From a virus, in the IMG/VR virus record IMGVR_UViG_3300045988_174371, positions 224,001-288,000 of that record: a stretch of DNA of 64,000 nt. One strand, 5' to 3'. The first letter of the stretch is position 1; each line of letters opens with the position of its first letter. A model generated the notes under the pieces. That model had not been told where the DNA came from, did not search any database, and saw only the letters and a list, made by a program, of their open reading frames with translations. Of the stretch, positions 25,575 to 34,423 are shown piece by piece. The translations under genes were made by a program, and so were the position numbers.

Positions 25575-26840
25575 TTATAGTGATGCGTTCTTCTCGAAAA
25601 CTCGTTCTTCGCCGCGCTTCAGATAAGCCTCTGCAAGGTCAGTAGCTCTCTTACGCGCTTCCGGGTCAGCAATGCTATTCAGAGTCTCTGAGCGTTCCGT
25701 CCAGGCGTGGTAAGCCGCGCCCAGACCACCACCCTGAATGAGCGGGATGTCTACAGCATCATCTTTCACCTCGGCTTCGGAAGGTAGCTTCTCTTCTTTT
25801 GCCGCGCGTGGCGCAAGGTTATAAGAGAGTGCAAACTTCGACGCATCATCGATAAGAGTCTGGTCGCGCGCGGCAAACACGGAAGGGGTAGCCCCAAATA
25901 CGCGCTGACGCAAGATAGGCGCATTAGCAGGGTCGTACTCAAGACCCTCACTAGCAGGCGGCAAATTCGCCAAAATAGCCTCAGTGAGCGCCACAGAATC
26001 AAGACCCTCAGCATAGATGGGCGGCAAATCCTCCTGAGGGCGCTGACGGACGTTCTTCATCTCACGAGTAACGGAGCCGTCCGGCGCAATATGCCACAGC
26101 GTATAGCCGCGCCCAAGAGCGCCCTTCGCATCAGCGAAGCCGCGCCTAATTAGTGAGCCGTTATAGAAGATGCCGCTATGTTCATCGCCAACAAAGCCGC
26201 GCTCATGAATATGCCCAAGCATCATCGCATCCCAACCCGCATAAAGGAACGAGTCAGGAATAACTACCTCGCGCACAGTATCATTTACGCGGATACGCTC
26301 TTTCAACAAAGGGTCAATGAGTGAGCCGTGCGTCGTAAGGATATTGATAGCCCCCTTAACCGGCTCGACCTTCTTCATCACATCTACACTCTCTGTGTAC
26401 ATGTGATGACTCACCATATGTAGGGCAATATCATCGTTAATGTGATACAGCTGGTAGGGGTTAGCGTGAGAGTAGATGCCCATCTGCGGTAGATGCAAGT
26501 TCCTTGTAAACGCAACATCACTCTTTACGTCGTTCACGTCATGATTTCCCGTAATGTTGTAGACAGGGATTCCTGCCTCAGCAAGCCGCATCAGTCCAAG
26601 ACGCATATGCAGGCGAGCACGGTCGGACGGGTTCGGCTCATGCCCAATATCGCCAGCAATGACTACGGCATCCACTTCATCAGCGATAATGCCATCGATA
26701 GCTTCTTCCCATGCCAGGTAGCCGTCAAGCTCACGTAGCGGGATAAGCATCCCATCGTCGGGGTCTTCGCCTAGGCGGTTCAAAGACGAGTTATCGCGGT
26801 ACCCTAGATGCAGGTCTGATAGATGAGCAATCGTAAACAA
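25575..26840 (-). CDS. Mre11/SbcD-family nuclease
   Basis: IAHLSDLHLGY, VVIAGDIGHEP, YNITGNHD, LTTHGS and MLGHIHERG occur in canonical order. TTG start. No SbcC/Rad50 partner is seen in the window. Confidence 0.8.
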   Translation of the reverse strand: MFTIAHLSDLHLGYRDNSSLNRLGEDPDDGMLIPLRELDGYLAWEEAIDGIIADEVDAVVIAGDIGHEPNPSDRARLHMRLGLMRLAEAGIPVYNITGNHDVNDVKSDVAFTRNLHLPQMGIYSHANPYQLYHINDDIALHMVSHHMYTESVDVMKKVEPVKGAINILTTHGSLIDPLLKERIRVNDTVREVVIPDSFLYAGWDAMMLGHIHERGFVGDEHSGIFYNGSLIRRGFADAKGALGRGYTLWHIAPDGSVTREMKNVRQRPQEDLPPIYAEGLDSVALTEAILANLPPASEGLEYDPANAPILRQRVFGATPSVFAARDQTLIDDASKFALSYNLAPRAAKEEKLPSEAEVKDDAVDIPLIQGGGLGAAYHAWTERSETLNSIADPEARKRATDLAEAYLKRGEERVFEKNASL

Positions 26841-26848
26841 TTCTTAAG

Positions 26849-26917
26849 TCTTTCAGTGGTATAGGAAGAACGGGCACCCATTCATCTGGTGCCCGTTCAA
26901 ATTATACCACTGAAAGA
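26849..26917. promoter_or_regulatory. Nested palindrome carrying back-to-back CTTTCAGTGGTATA motifs
   Basis: Outer 15-bp arms tctttcagtggtata (26849-26863) and tataccactgaaaga (26903-26917). Inner 11-bp arms gaacgggcacc (26868-26878) and ggtgcccgttc (26888-26898). The minus strand reads CAGTGGTATAAT, a near-consensus extended -10, upstream of the SbcD-like gene. Confidence 0.45.
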
Positions 26918-26922
26918 ATAAG

Positions 26923-27165
26923 TTACACACCCTGAACTCGGGCGATAACCTCCTGAACCCTCTCCTGAACTTCGGGAGATAGCTTACTCATGTCGCCCTG
27001 AATCTTCTGGAACAGGTCTGCGTAGGTGGTAGCCGCCTTAATGAACTTGGCGACGTTACTTTTCAGCGTGTACTGGGCGTTAGTCTCAGTGAGCTTAGTG
27101 ATGGCGGCAAGCTGGCTGGGGCCCGAAAGAGTCTCAATGTCGTGGTAAGTTGCGTTAGGTGTCAT
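26923..27165 (-). CDS. Small helical hypothetical protein (80 aa)
   Basis: ORF with GAAAGG 9 nt upstream of the ATG, bracketed by strong hairpins on both sides. Confidence 0.5.
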   Translation of the reverse strand: MTPNATYHDIETLSGPSQLAAITKLTETNAQYTLKSNVAKFIKAATTYADLFQKIQGDMSKLSPEVQERVQEVIARVQGV

Positions 27166-27183
27166 AGGTATATGCCTTTCTCG

Positions 27184-27236
27184 TCAAAAAAATAGTTACT
27201 GTGTTCTCGCTATCTCAACGAGAACACAGTAACTAT
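27184..27236 (-). terminator. Intrinsic terminator after the helicase gene, overlapped by a -10 candidate
   Basis: 18-bp perfect arms (27192-27209 and 27219-27236) followed on the minus strand by TTTTTTT. The 5' arm overlaps aTGTGGTATAGT (27232-27242). Confidence 0.75.
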
Positions 27237-27268
27237 ACCACATGTTTCGGCAGGCGTGCAAGTTCTGG

Positions 27269-29308
27269 TTAGAGACCAGCCATCAACGCATACTCTTCCA
27301 TCATATCCACCATAAGAGCAACCATAGCGTCAGCATCACCAGTAGCTCGAATATGAGCCATACGCGCATTGAACGCCTCGACAGATGAGCGAGCATCTGG
27401 AACCTCAGCGTTATGCAGTGGCTCTAAGCGCTGGCACACCAGCCAGCCTCGCTTCAACGACTCACGAGACACGGGCGTACCTGAAAGCCCACCTCCATTA
27501 GAGTTACCCTCAGCCGAAGCCACAGACTGACCATTAGAGTCAGTGGAAGCATCGCTGGAATCAGATACAAAGGTGCGCTCAGGCACCTCAGTAATCACAA
27601 GGTTATTCTTCTTACCCAAGAAAGCAAACGCCTTATACGCATCGTCATAGTCCGTAATGTTATCACGGAAAGACTTCGCATCCTCAGCCGCCCAAGCAGT
27701 AATAGAAGCCATAATCCTAACCGACTCCTCATCCACCTGCCAAGACTTCGGGTTAGAACCCAAAATGTAAGCAGTATCAAGACGGCGCACACGTGAAAGT
27801 GCCACATAGCCCAGCCCCTCAGTAAACGAAGAACTCAGGTCTAGAACAGCTCCATCATAGGTCTGCCCCTGAGACTTGTGAACCGTAATCGCGTAACCAG
27901 GCTTCAGAGGGAACATTGAACTATGCGCATAGGAAGAGCTAACCCACTTACCGTCATCTTTCTGGATTGGGCGTTCAAGGGTGCTCTCCTCATTTACAAC
28001 AAGGAACAGCCCATCACCGAACTGGACAACAGGCGAAACATCCGCAGACTTAGGAATGTCGGCAACAGACTCGTAATAGTCTTCACCATCAACTGTCGCG
28101 AAAGCCCTCACGTACCCCATAGAGCCATTGGTGATTTTAGTGGTGGAATCCGTAATCCAGAAATTGCGGGCAATATTCTCGTCGTCAGCCCTGCCTCCGT
28201 AGAACGCCGCGATAGGCATGTCAGCAACAACTTTAGTGCCAATCTTCAGCTCAATCTCATGCTCAGCTCTATTCTTTAGGGACTTCCACTGAGCCTTCTG
28301 CGTGGGAGTGAGCGTATCCTCAACGGTCATCAACGCGGCATCTGACTTGAAGATAAGAGATTCGCCCTCTAGTTCAGCAATGCGCTTCGCATTATGCTGA
28401 GCAACCTCAATATTGCGGGTGTAGATGCGGATAGTAGGCTCCGCATCCTTACCATGCTCCTTGTCAAGCCTATCAGCTTCCTCGGGAGTGATGGAGCGCT
28501 TGGCTAGGCTATTAAAATCTTCCGTGGTCAAGGAGTTAGAAGACATATGCTTGATGATGCGCGCCAGCTCAGGGTCAGTGGCACGGTGAGCCTCGGTAAG
28601 GAAGCAGTAGCGGAAGCCAGCATCTTCCCAAGCGGGGGTGCTAAATGGGAAGCCTGAATAATGTTTGCCCTGAAAGTCCCTATCAGGAACAGCCTTGAGC
28701 TGATTAAAGTCGCCTACCGCAACAATCTGAAGTCCGCCGAAAGCCTTGTCGCTCTTGCGGATACGACGCAAATATGCGTCCATCTCCTGCCATAGCTGAC
28801 CGTAAATCATAGAGACCTCATCAATAATGAGGACATCAATCTCACGCAGTCGCTCTGACTTGTGGAAGACATACGAAGGGTTGCCGTCTGCATCCCAATG
28901 CTTGCTCTTACCTACACCAAAGAGGCTATGAATAGTCGCTCCCTTGATGTTTTCTGCCGCCGCGCCAGTAGATGCAGTAACCTCATACTTGACGTTATGC
29001 ATATCGAACACTCGGCAAGCCAGGTGCACGATAGAGCTTTTGCCGGTTCCAGGCCCACCGGCAATAAATACGTTCTCGCCTACAAGGATTCGGGTAAGCG
29101 CCTCAAACTGACTGGTTCCCTTAGCGCTATTAGCCGCTTCCAGAGCGTTAGCAAACCCAAGATAAAGCTCGTTGTCGCCGCCGTCAGAGCCTACAAGCCG
29201 GGCGTATGCCTCCTGGAAGTTAAGCTCTTCAACCTCAGCGAGAAGAGGAAGTCGAGACTTATTCGCCTCGGCTGAAGGAATCTGCTTGTCCTTCTTGCTT
29301 TTAGTCAT
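27269..29308 (-). CDS. SF1B Pif1/RecD-like DNA helicase
   Basis: FIAGGPGTGKSS (Walker A), VLIIDEVSMI (Walker B), VAVGDFNQLKAV, AITVHKSQGQTYD and GLGYVALSRVRRLD. Confidence 0.85.
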   Translation of the reverse strand: MTKSKKDKQIPSAEANKSRLPLLAEVEELNFQEAYARLVGSDGGDNELYLGFANALEAANSAKGTSQFEALTRILVGENVFIAGGPGTGKSSIVHLACRVFDMHNVKYEVTASTGAAAENIKGATIHSLFGVGKSKHWDADGNPSYVFHKSERLREIDVLIIDEVSMIYGQLWQEMDAYLRRIRKSDKAFGGLQIVAVGDFNQLKAVPDRDFQGKHYSGFPFSTPAWEDAGFRYCFLTEAHRATDPELARIIKHMSSNSLTTEDFNSLAKRSITPEEADRLDKEHGKDAEPTIRIYTRNIEVAQHNAKRIAELEGESLIFKSDAALMTVEDTLTPTQKAQWKSLKNRAEHEIELKIGTKVVADMPIAAFYGGRADDENIARNFWITDSTTKITNGSMGYVRAFATVDGEDYYESVADIPKSADVSPVVQFGDGLFLVVNEESTLERPIQKDDGKWVSSSYAHSSMFPLKPGYAITVHKSQGQTYDGAVLDLSSSFTEGLGYVALSRVRRLDTAYILGSNPKSWQVDEESVRIMASITAWAAEDAKSFRDNITDYDDAYKAFAFLGKKNNLVITEVPERTFVSDSSDASTDSNGQSVASAEGNSNGGGLSGTPVSRESLKRGWLVCQRLEPLHNAEVPDARSSVEAFNARMAHIRATGDADAMVALMVDMMEEYALMAGL

Positions 29309-29355
29309 ATGTGTTAGTGTCCTTCAAGTAGTGGTGATGTGGAATATGGTGGGCG

Positions 29356-30273
29356 TTACATGCACAAAGCGAGGCAGAAACGCTTAAATTCTTCCACCGT
29401 ATACGACCTGTACGGGTTGCGAAGAAAGCTCTGTAGGTCGTTCGCAATAGCTAGTATACCTTGAAGTTTCACTCTTCGCGACAGATTGTAGGGCTCTTTA
29501 AGTGACCAGGTACTTCCACCTAGAGCTGTAACTACGTCACTGAGCTTAGCTTCAGGATGAACTTCAAGATAAGAGGCAACCCTCAAAGTGTCTGAAATCT
29601 TACTTTTCAGGACAGCTACAGGGAATGTTGCCCCGCTACCTGCCCTGTCAATAATGCTGTTCACTCGCGCAATGTCCTTCTTCACGAGAGCATCTAGAAT
29701 GTCCCAAGGGGCGCGAGTCCCAGGCTCCATCGGAATGTAACGGTCTACATCGTGAATCGTCAGTTGCTTCTTCTCTTCATCAGAAATAGTCGCAACAAAG
29801 TCGAGGAGCCTGACAATGAGCCTCAGCTCCTCCCCTGCATGTTCAGCCATGAAGTTAATAACTGGACGAGGAAGACCTGCTTTCTCAAGCTCATGACGCA
29901 CACGGTTCTTGGAAGCGGTGGGCTTGATGACCGTGACCCCCATCTTCTCCGAGCTCTTCAGGATACCTCTCAGTGAGTTTAGTGGGGCACCTGTAGAAAT
30001 GATAAGACCACCCCAAGGTTCAGTCCTGCAATTCTGCAAGGTCTTCACCGCAACCTCAGCATCCTGCTTCAACGGACAAGACACAGAATAGACGTGAACG
30101 CCACCAAAAAGGTCTACAGCGGTAGCTTCTCGAACTGCCGAGACAAGCACCGAATCGCCACCCGTCTTGGCGCGCATCTCACGCCTAACCTTACGGACAA
30201 GATAATCACGGAAAGCGTCGTTAGGCTCAGCGATAAAGACTACCCGCTCAAATTTACGAGCCAACAGAATCAC
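29356..30273 (-). CDS. DNA polymerase III delta (HolA)-like clamp-loader subunit
   Basis: About 300 aa, P-loop-less, with AAA+-lid/helical layout (VVFIAEPNDAF ... GEELRLIVRLLDFV ... PWDILDALVKKD ... FPVAVLKSKISD), similar to HolA in length and order. Its GTG start overlaps the lepB stop (GTGA). Confidence 0.5.
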   Translation of the reverse strand: MILLARKFERVVFIAEPNDAFRDYLVRKVRREMRAKTGGDSVLVSAVREATAVDLFGGVHVYSVSCPLKQDAEVAVKTLQNCRTEPWGGLIISTGAPLNSLRGILKSSEKMGVTVIKPTASKNRVRHELEKAGLPRPVINFMAEHAGEELRLIVRLLDFVATISDEEKKQLTIHDVDRYIPMEPGTRAPWDILDALVKKDIARVNSIIDRAGSGATFPVAVLKSKISDTLRVASYLEVHPEAKLSDVVTALGGSTWSLKEPYNLSRRVKLQGILAIANDLQSFLRNPYRSYTVEEFKRFCLALCM

Positions 30274-30947
30274 CTATCCTTCACTGTAGGGGACGCGCCA
30301 TGCGCCTTAACCGAACTGACCTGAACTAGGACAGCTGAGCTATCATCAGTTTTTCCACTACATAGAACACTTAAAGAGTCCAGGGAATTACTCCGGTTGT
30401 CACCTAGTAGGAACAGTTCACCAGCGGCAAGAGTATGTTCGTATGCCTCCGTTTTACAGGTGGGTAGAACATCAGTAACCTGCACACCGTTTACATGGAC
30501 AGCCCCGGCAACAACCGACACCGTATCACCTTCAGTGGCGGCTACACGCTTCACTACAGCGCCTTGCGTGGCAGAGGCATACTGCCACGCTGTAGGCATC
30601 TCAGCTACCACTATGTCGCCCCTGCGGATAGGGGAGCTCTGGTCGTTCTCAAACAATAGAACTTGACCATCCGCATAAGTGGGGAGCATTGAATCGCCAG
30701 CAACTCGATACTGAGTAACAGTCGGCGCTACCTTGCTAACGATGGCATCAGGGGTTACTCCACTCTGGTACGCCATATACCCCACGCCTGAGACAGTAGC
30801 CGCGCCAGTCAGAAAATAAGCCAAGAAACGCGGGAAACGGCGACACCTACGCACCTTCACATATTCCGTATCAGGTGGTGGCGGCGCTGACACGGCAGAA
30901 GCTCTAATTGAGCTCATCATATCTGACGATGAGAGGCGGTTAGGCAT
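30270..30947 (-). CDS. lepB: Signal peptidase I (S26)
   Basis: TM anchor, VAGDSMLPTY (Ser box), VVKRVAATEGDTV (Lys box) and LLGDNRSNSLDS. Confidence 0.85.
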   Translation of the reverse strand: MPNRLSSSDMMSSIRASAVSAPPPPDTEYVKVRRCRRFPRFLAYFLTGAATVSGVGYMAYQSGVTPDAIVSKVAPTVTQYRVAGDSMLPTYADGQVLLFENDQSSPIRRGDIVVAEMPTAWQYASATQGAVVKRVAATEGDTVSVVAGAVHVNGVQVTDVLPTCKTEAYEHTLAAGELFLLGDNRSNSLDSLSVLCSGKTDDSSAVLVQVSSVKAHGASPTVKDR

Positions 30948-30967
30948 ATGGAGAAAATCCCTTCAAG

Positions 30968-31594
30968 TTACTTACGCGATTTGCTTCGCGCATCTGCATT
31001 AAGCGCTGAACGCGCATTCTTATAGACTGCATCAGTAGTATTCAGCAGAGTTCGTTCATTATTAGTGAGTGAATTGATAGCGCTAACCTCACCACGGATG
31101 ATGTTCACCTCAGTAGAAGCAGTGCGCAATGCGTCGGAAGCCATAACCTTATCCACGGCATAACCTTTACAGCGTAGCGTTGCCAGCTCTTTAACCTCGG
31201 TCTCAGTCAGGCGGCGACCCCTGCCACCACCTTCAGCGGCTTCGTCGGTGGCGTGGACTCCAGTCCTCACCTCATGACAGGCGATATTGAACGCATTGTC
31301 GTAGGCGTATGCCGCCGCCGCATATTTACGCTTAGCGTGCATCTCTCGAAGTAGCGCCTCACGTAGCTTCTTCATATACTCAATAATCATTGACGAAAGC
31401 ACAGCTAGACTCTCCAAGTCACGCTCTTCAAGCTCTGCCTCAAGCTCCTCTACAGAGAACGTCGTATTGTTCTCCTCCTGCGCTTCAAGCGAGGACACAA
31501 TTTCATCGGCAGTAGATGCCGCGCCGTTAGCTGTACCGTATCCAGGGCGCGGCATATTGTAATGGGTTGCGCGCTTATCGTCGTTCTTCGACAA
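30968..31594 (-). CDS. Hypothetical coiled-coil protein (208 aa)
   Basis: TTG start with AGGAG 6 nt upstream. Heptad-like charged sequence. No enzyme motif seen. Confidence 0.5.
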   Translation of the reverse strand: MSKNDDKRATHYNMPRPGYGTANGAASTADEIVSSLEAQEENNTTFSVEELEAELEERDLESLAVLSSMIIEYMKKLREALLREMHAKRKYAAAAYAYDNAFNIACHEVRTGVHATDEAAEGGGRGRRLTETEVKELATLRCKGYAVDKVMASDALRTASTEVNIIRGEVSAINSLTNNERTLLNTTDAVYKNARSALNADARSKSRK

Positions 31595-31638
31595 ATCTTA
31601 CTCCTCTAACCTAAGCGTAGGGGCGTAGTGCCTCTACG

Positions 31639-31667
31639 TGAGATATAATGTACTAACTATTGTAACA
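31639..31667. promoter_or_regulatory. Back-to-back divergent -10 candidates
   Basis: Plus strand TGAGATATAAT (31639-31649) faces the sortase gene. Minus strand TGTTACAAT (31659-31667) faces the 30968-31594 gene. Confidence 0.45.
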
Positions 31668-31707
31668 CCTGAGCAGGTGGTACACGACTGAAAGAAAGCA
31701 GGTAGGC

Positions 31708-32535
31708 ATGACTGAAAAGCAGACCAAAGCATCCCGTCGAGACATCCTCAAATTCCTTGGCGTAACTGCCGCCGCAGGCGCACTAGGTGGCGGCGCGGGA
31801 TATTTATTCGAACAGGTGAACCAAACTGAAACAAACGCACAAGCACGGAAAATTAGTGCCCCTAGCGAGTCTCAGGTAGCAGAGATTCGCCAGCAAAATA
31901 GTGAAAGTGCCAACATTACCCCGACACCCGCCCAACCATCACCTGTCGAAGCCACCGAAACCCCTAAGGCATACTTCGCGGAAACAAGCGGCGACATCGA
32001 CAGCATCGACCACCTCCCCGAAGATACTACTCCGGGGCTTGGGCAACAGCCAAAGAATCTCGACAAGAACACTATTGCCCCTATGACAATCAGAATCCCC
32101 GAAGTAGGATTCAATGCCGGGCTTCAATACACGGGCGGAACCGACAACCCTACCACCGGAAGAACGGAAATCAACATCCCCGTAACGTACCGCATCGGCG
32201 TTTACACCGACTCTGCACCCCTCACAAGCACCGAAGGAACCACTCTCCTTGTAGGGCACGTAAACTGGGCAAACGGAGTGCCTGCACCCATGAGCGCTAT
32301 CGTCGCCTGCAAGCTAGGTGATACTGTCTACACCACCGACCTAGCCGGAACCATGACTACATGGAAAGTTACCCGAATTGAACCTCAAGTACCTCAGGTA
32401 GACCTCAGCAAATGGTGGAACGTCACAGCGAAGACTGGTAAACGTCAGCTCATTATGGCAACCTGCCACGGAACCTACAAGAATGGCGTATGGACGTACA
32501 CTGATAACCATGTGGTAGTAGCGGAACCCGCATAG
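31708..32535 (+). CDS. Class F sortase-like protein with Tat-type signal/anchor
   Basis: SRRDILKFLGVTAAAGALGG, then the His block TTLLVGHVNW, then the Cys block QLIMATCHGTYKNGVWTYTDNHVVVAEP (the TC ... Y.DN.VV.A ending typical of class F, as recalled). Confidence 0.65.
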   Translation: MTEKQTKASRRDILKFLGVTAAAGALGGGAGYLFEQVNQTETNAQARKISAPSESQVAEIRQQNSESANITPTPAQPSPVEATETPKAYFAETSGDIDSIDHLPEDTTPGLGQQPKNLDKNTIAPMTIRIPEVGFNAGLQYTGGTDNPTTGRTEINIPVTYRIGVYTDSAPLTSTEGTTLLVGHVNWANGVPAPMSAIVACKLGDTVYTTDLAGTMTTWKVTRIEPQVPQVDLSKWWNVTAKTGKRQLIMATCHGTYKNGVWTYTDNHVVVAEPA

Positions 32536-32559
32536 CCAAATACTTCTTAGAACAACCGG

Positions 32560-32607
32560 AAGCGGGCGTTCAGACCATATACCTAACAATGGTCTGAACG
32601 CCCGCTT
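32560..32607. terminator. Bidirectional terminator between convergent genes
   Basis: 19-bp perfect arms aagcgggcgttcagaccat (32560-32578) and atggtctgaacgcccgctt (32589-32607). Confidence 0.7.
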
Positions 32608-32708
32608 TAGGCAATTCACAATACACACATATGCGCTAAACTCGGTTTGTACGCCCAGCAGATTAGCTAGACGCTTGCGTTTTTCGCACTATGTATATAG
32701 CAGACAGT

Positions 32709-34289
32709 TTAGAGAATCGTCATCCCATCAGCACTAACCAGCGTCGGAACGTTCGGTGCGTAGACAGCCTGAGCGTGCTTCTTATGAGTACTTTGCACGT
32801 AAGCGCCGAAGCCCCTCTGGTAGTCGTCAAGCTTCAGTAGCGACTTGCGGGGGCCATCCACGGCATAGAACGGGGTGCCATGCAATGTGATACTTGTCCC
32901 CCAACGGTGGTAATTCATCTTCTCTGCGTAGTACAGAGGGTGCATATACGTACTAAGCGCTTCATGCCCTGTAGCATCCCGCAGGGATAAAGAGCCATGC
33001 AACTGCGGGAAAGGGCAACGCTCAGAAGTAGCCATCCAAGAGCTGTAAACCTCAGCTATAGGATGCCCCATAATGGGGTTCGCCGCAAAATTAACACCAT
33101 TCCCCATGCGCAGGCACTCCCCCTGGTATAGCGTCCCCAAGTACTTCATGTTCAGCGCATAAGCCGCCTGCCTAGCCGTCTGAGGACGACCCAAATTAAC
33201 CCACTCACCATGTGAAAGACCTGCATGAGTGATAAGCCGACCGTCTGCTTCAACAGCCACGTAATAACGGAACGCCGCAGGGTTACGTTTCTCGTCCGTC
33301 AGCCACCCCTCACGAACAAAATTGATGCCGGTCTTGGTGTCTCGAAGATAATTGTCCGCCTGGCTCTTAGGCAGGTTCAGGTAGATAACCTCATTCGCCC
33401 CGATGACGTTCACAAACGGAACAGCAGACAGGTTCGCTCGACCCCAAATCTGCTTCATCAGGTTAGCATTCTCAACTACCGGAGAGACATTCCTATATTC
33501 GTCATCAGCGCTAGTACCCATCTCTAGGAAAGGCGCTAGACGCAACATATTACCCAAGGTAATCGTGGAATCGACACTATCAATCAGCGGCTCGTAACGC
33601 TTCTCCATAACCTTCACCTGCCCATGCAAGCCAGGAATGAAAAGCTTACTATCAAATGAGGAAGTATCCCACGGAAGAAGCTCCTCAGCAGGACGTTCCT
33701 CAGGGATGCCGAAGTAAGCTTCCTCGGGTGTTAGAGGCTTAACTCCCTCATTAGACTCGTCCGGCGAGACTGTAGGTAATGGTAGCGTTGCAGAAGCGAA
33801 CTTACGTTTCTTGCCTGAAGGGTAATAGAAACGAGGCTTAGCCCACTCAGGGATACGCTCGCTATCCACTATGTCCCAGCGTATCTCCTGAGGCTTCCCA
33901 CTAGGAGTTGTAGTGAAGCAATCTATCTCGTCCTCTGTGTAGAGACCCTGCGTGTATGTCGAGAGGACAATCTTGTAAAGCCTGTCACTCAGTACGTCAA
34001 TGCCAAGCTCCGCGCCACGCAGGAAGATAGGGTGGTCAGGCGGTAGCGGGTATGCACGTTTCGGTAGCGCGGTGTAGAAGAACTCATCGATAGTGTCAGG
34101 AGACTTACGTGTCTTCGCTTTACGCTGTTCCTCACTAAGGCGTAGCTTCTCACTATATGAGGCGCGAATATGCTTATGCATCTCGGCAACGTCTGCCGGG
34201 TTATTGATGTCTCCGATAGATGGGGTTGGTGCACGTTTAACCCCGTCATCAGGCGCACTGTCTTCCGCATGGTTAGTCCTGATAGCCAT
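32709..34289 (-). CDS. Hypothetical protein with a degenerate PPP-type metallophosphatase-like C-terminal half
   Basis: Ordered blocks IPGLHGQ, LGNMLRLAP, IGANEV, LITHAGLSHGEW and IMGHP resemble GDxHG / GDxxDRG / GNHE / HAG / GH, but with the metal-ligand Asp/His/Asn residues replaced. Confidence 0.4.
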   Translation of the reverse strand: MAIRTNHAEDSAPDDGVKRAPTPSIGDINNPADVAEMHKHIRASYSEKLRLSEEQRKAKTRKSPDTIDEFFYTALPKRAYPLPPDHPIFLRGAELGIDVLSDRLYKIVLSTYTQGLYTEDEIDCFTTTPSGKPQEIRWDIVDSERIPEWAKPRFYYPSGKKRKFASATLPLPTVSPDESNEGVKPLTPEEAYFGIPEERPAEELLPWDTSSFDSKLFIPGLHGQVKVMEKRYEPLIDSVDSTITLGNMLRLAPFLEMGTSADDEYRNVSPVVENANLMKQIWGRANLSAVPFVNVIGANEVIYLNLPKSQADNYLRDTKTGINFVREGWLTDEKRNPAAFRYYVAVEADGRLITHAGLSHGEWVNLGRPQTARQAAYALNMKYLGTLYQGECLRMGNGVNFAANPIMGHPIAEVYSSWMATSERCPFPQLHGSLSLRDATGHEALSTYMHPLYYAEKMNYHRWGTSITLHGTPFYAVDGPRKSLLKLDDYQRGFGAYVQSTHKKHAQAVYAPNVPTLVSADGMTIL

Positions 34290-34423
34290 TCAAACTCTCC
34301 TTAAAGTAGCAGGCAACCAGGTCTAGCTTCGCGAATAAGTATTCACTAAAACCAGACCTGGTTACAAATAATGCGGGGTTTCACTCAAATATTACGCATA
34401 AATATGCGTGGCGTTAAATAATG

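Noticed and set aside
26923-27165. WXG100/ESAT-6-like assignment for the 80-aa helical protein
   Set aside because: Its size and helical character fit, but there is no WxG turn and there are no ESX/T7SS genes nearby. It is left as hypothetical.
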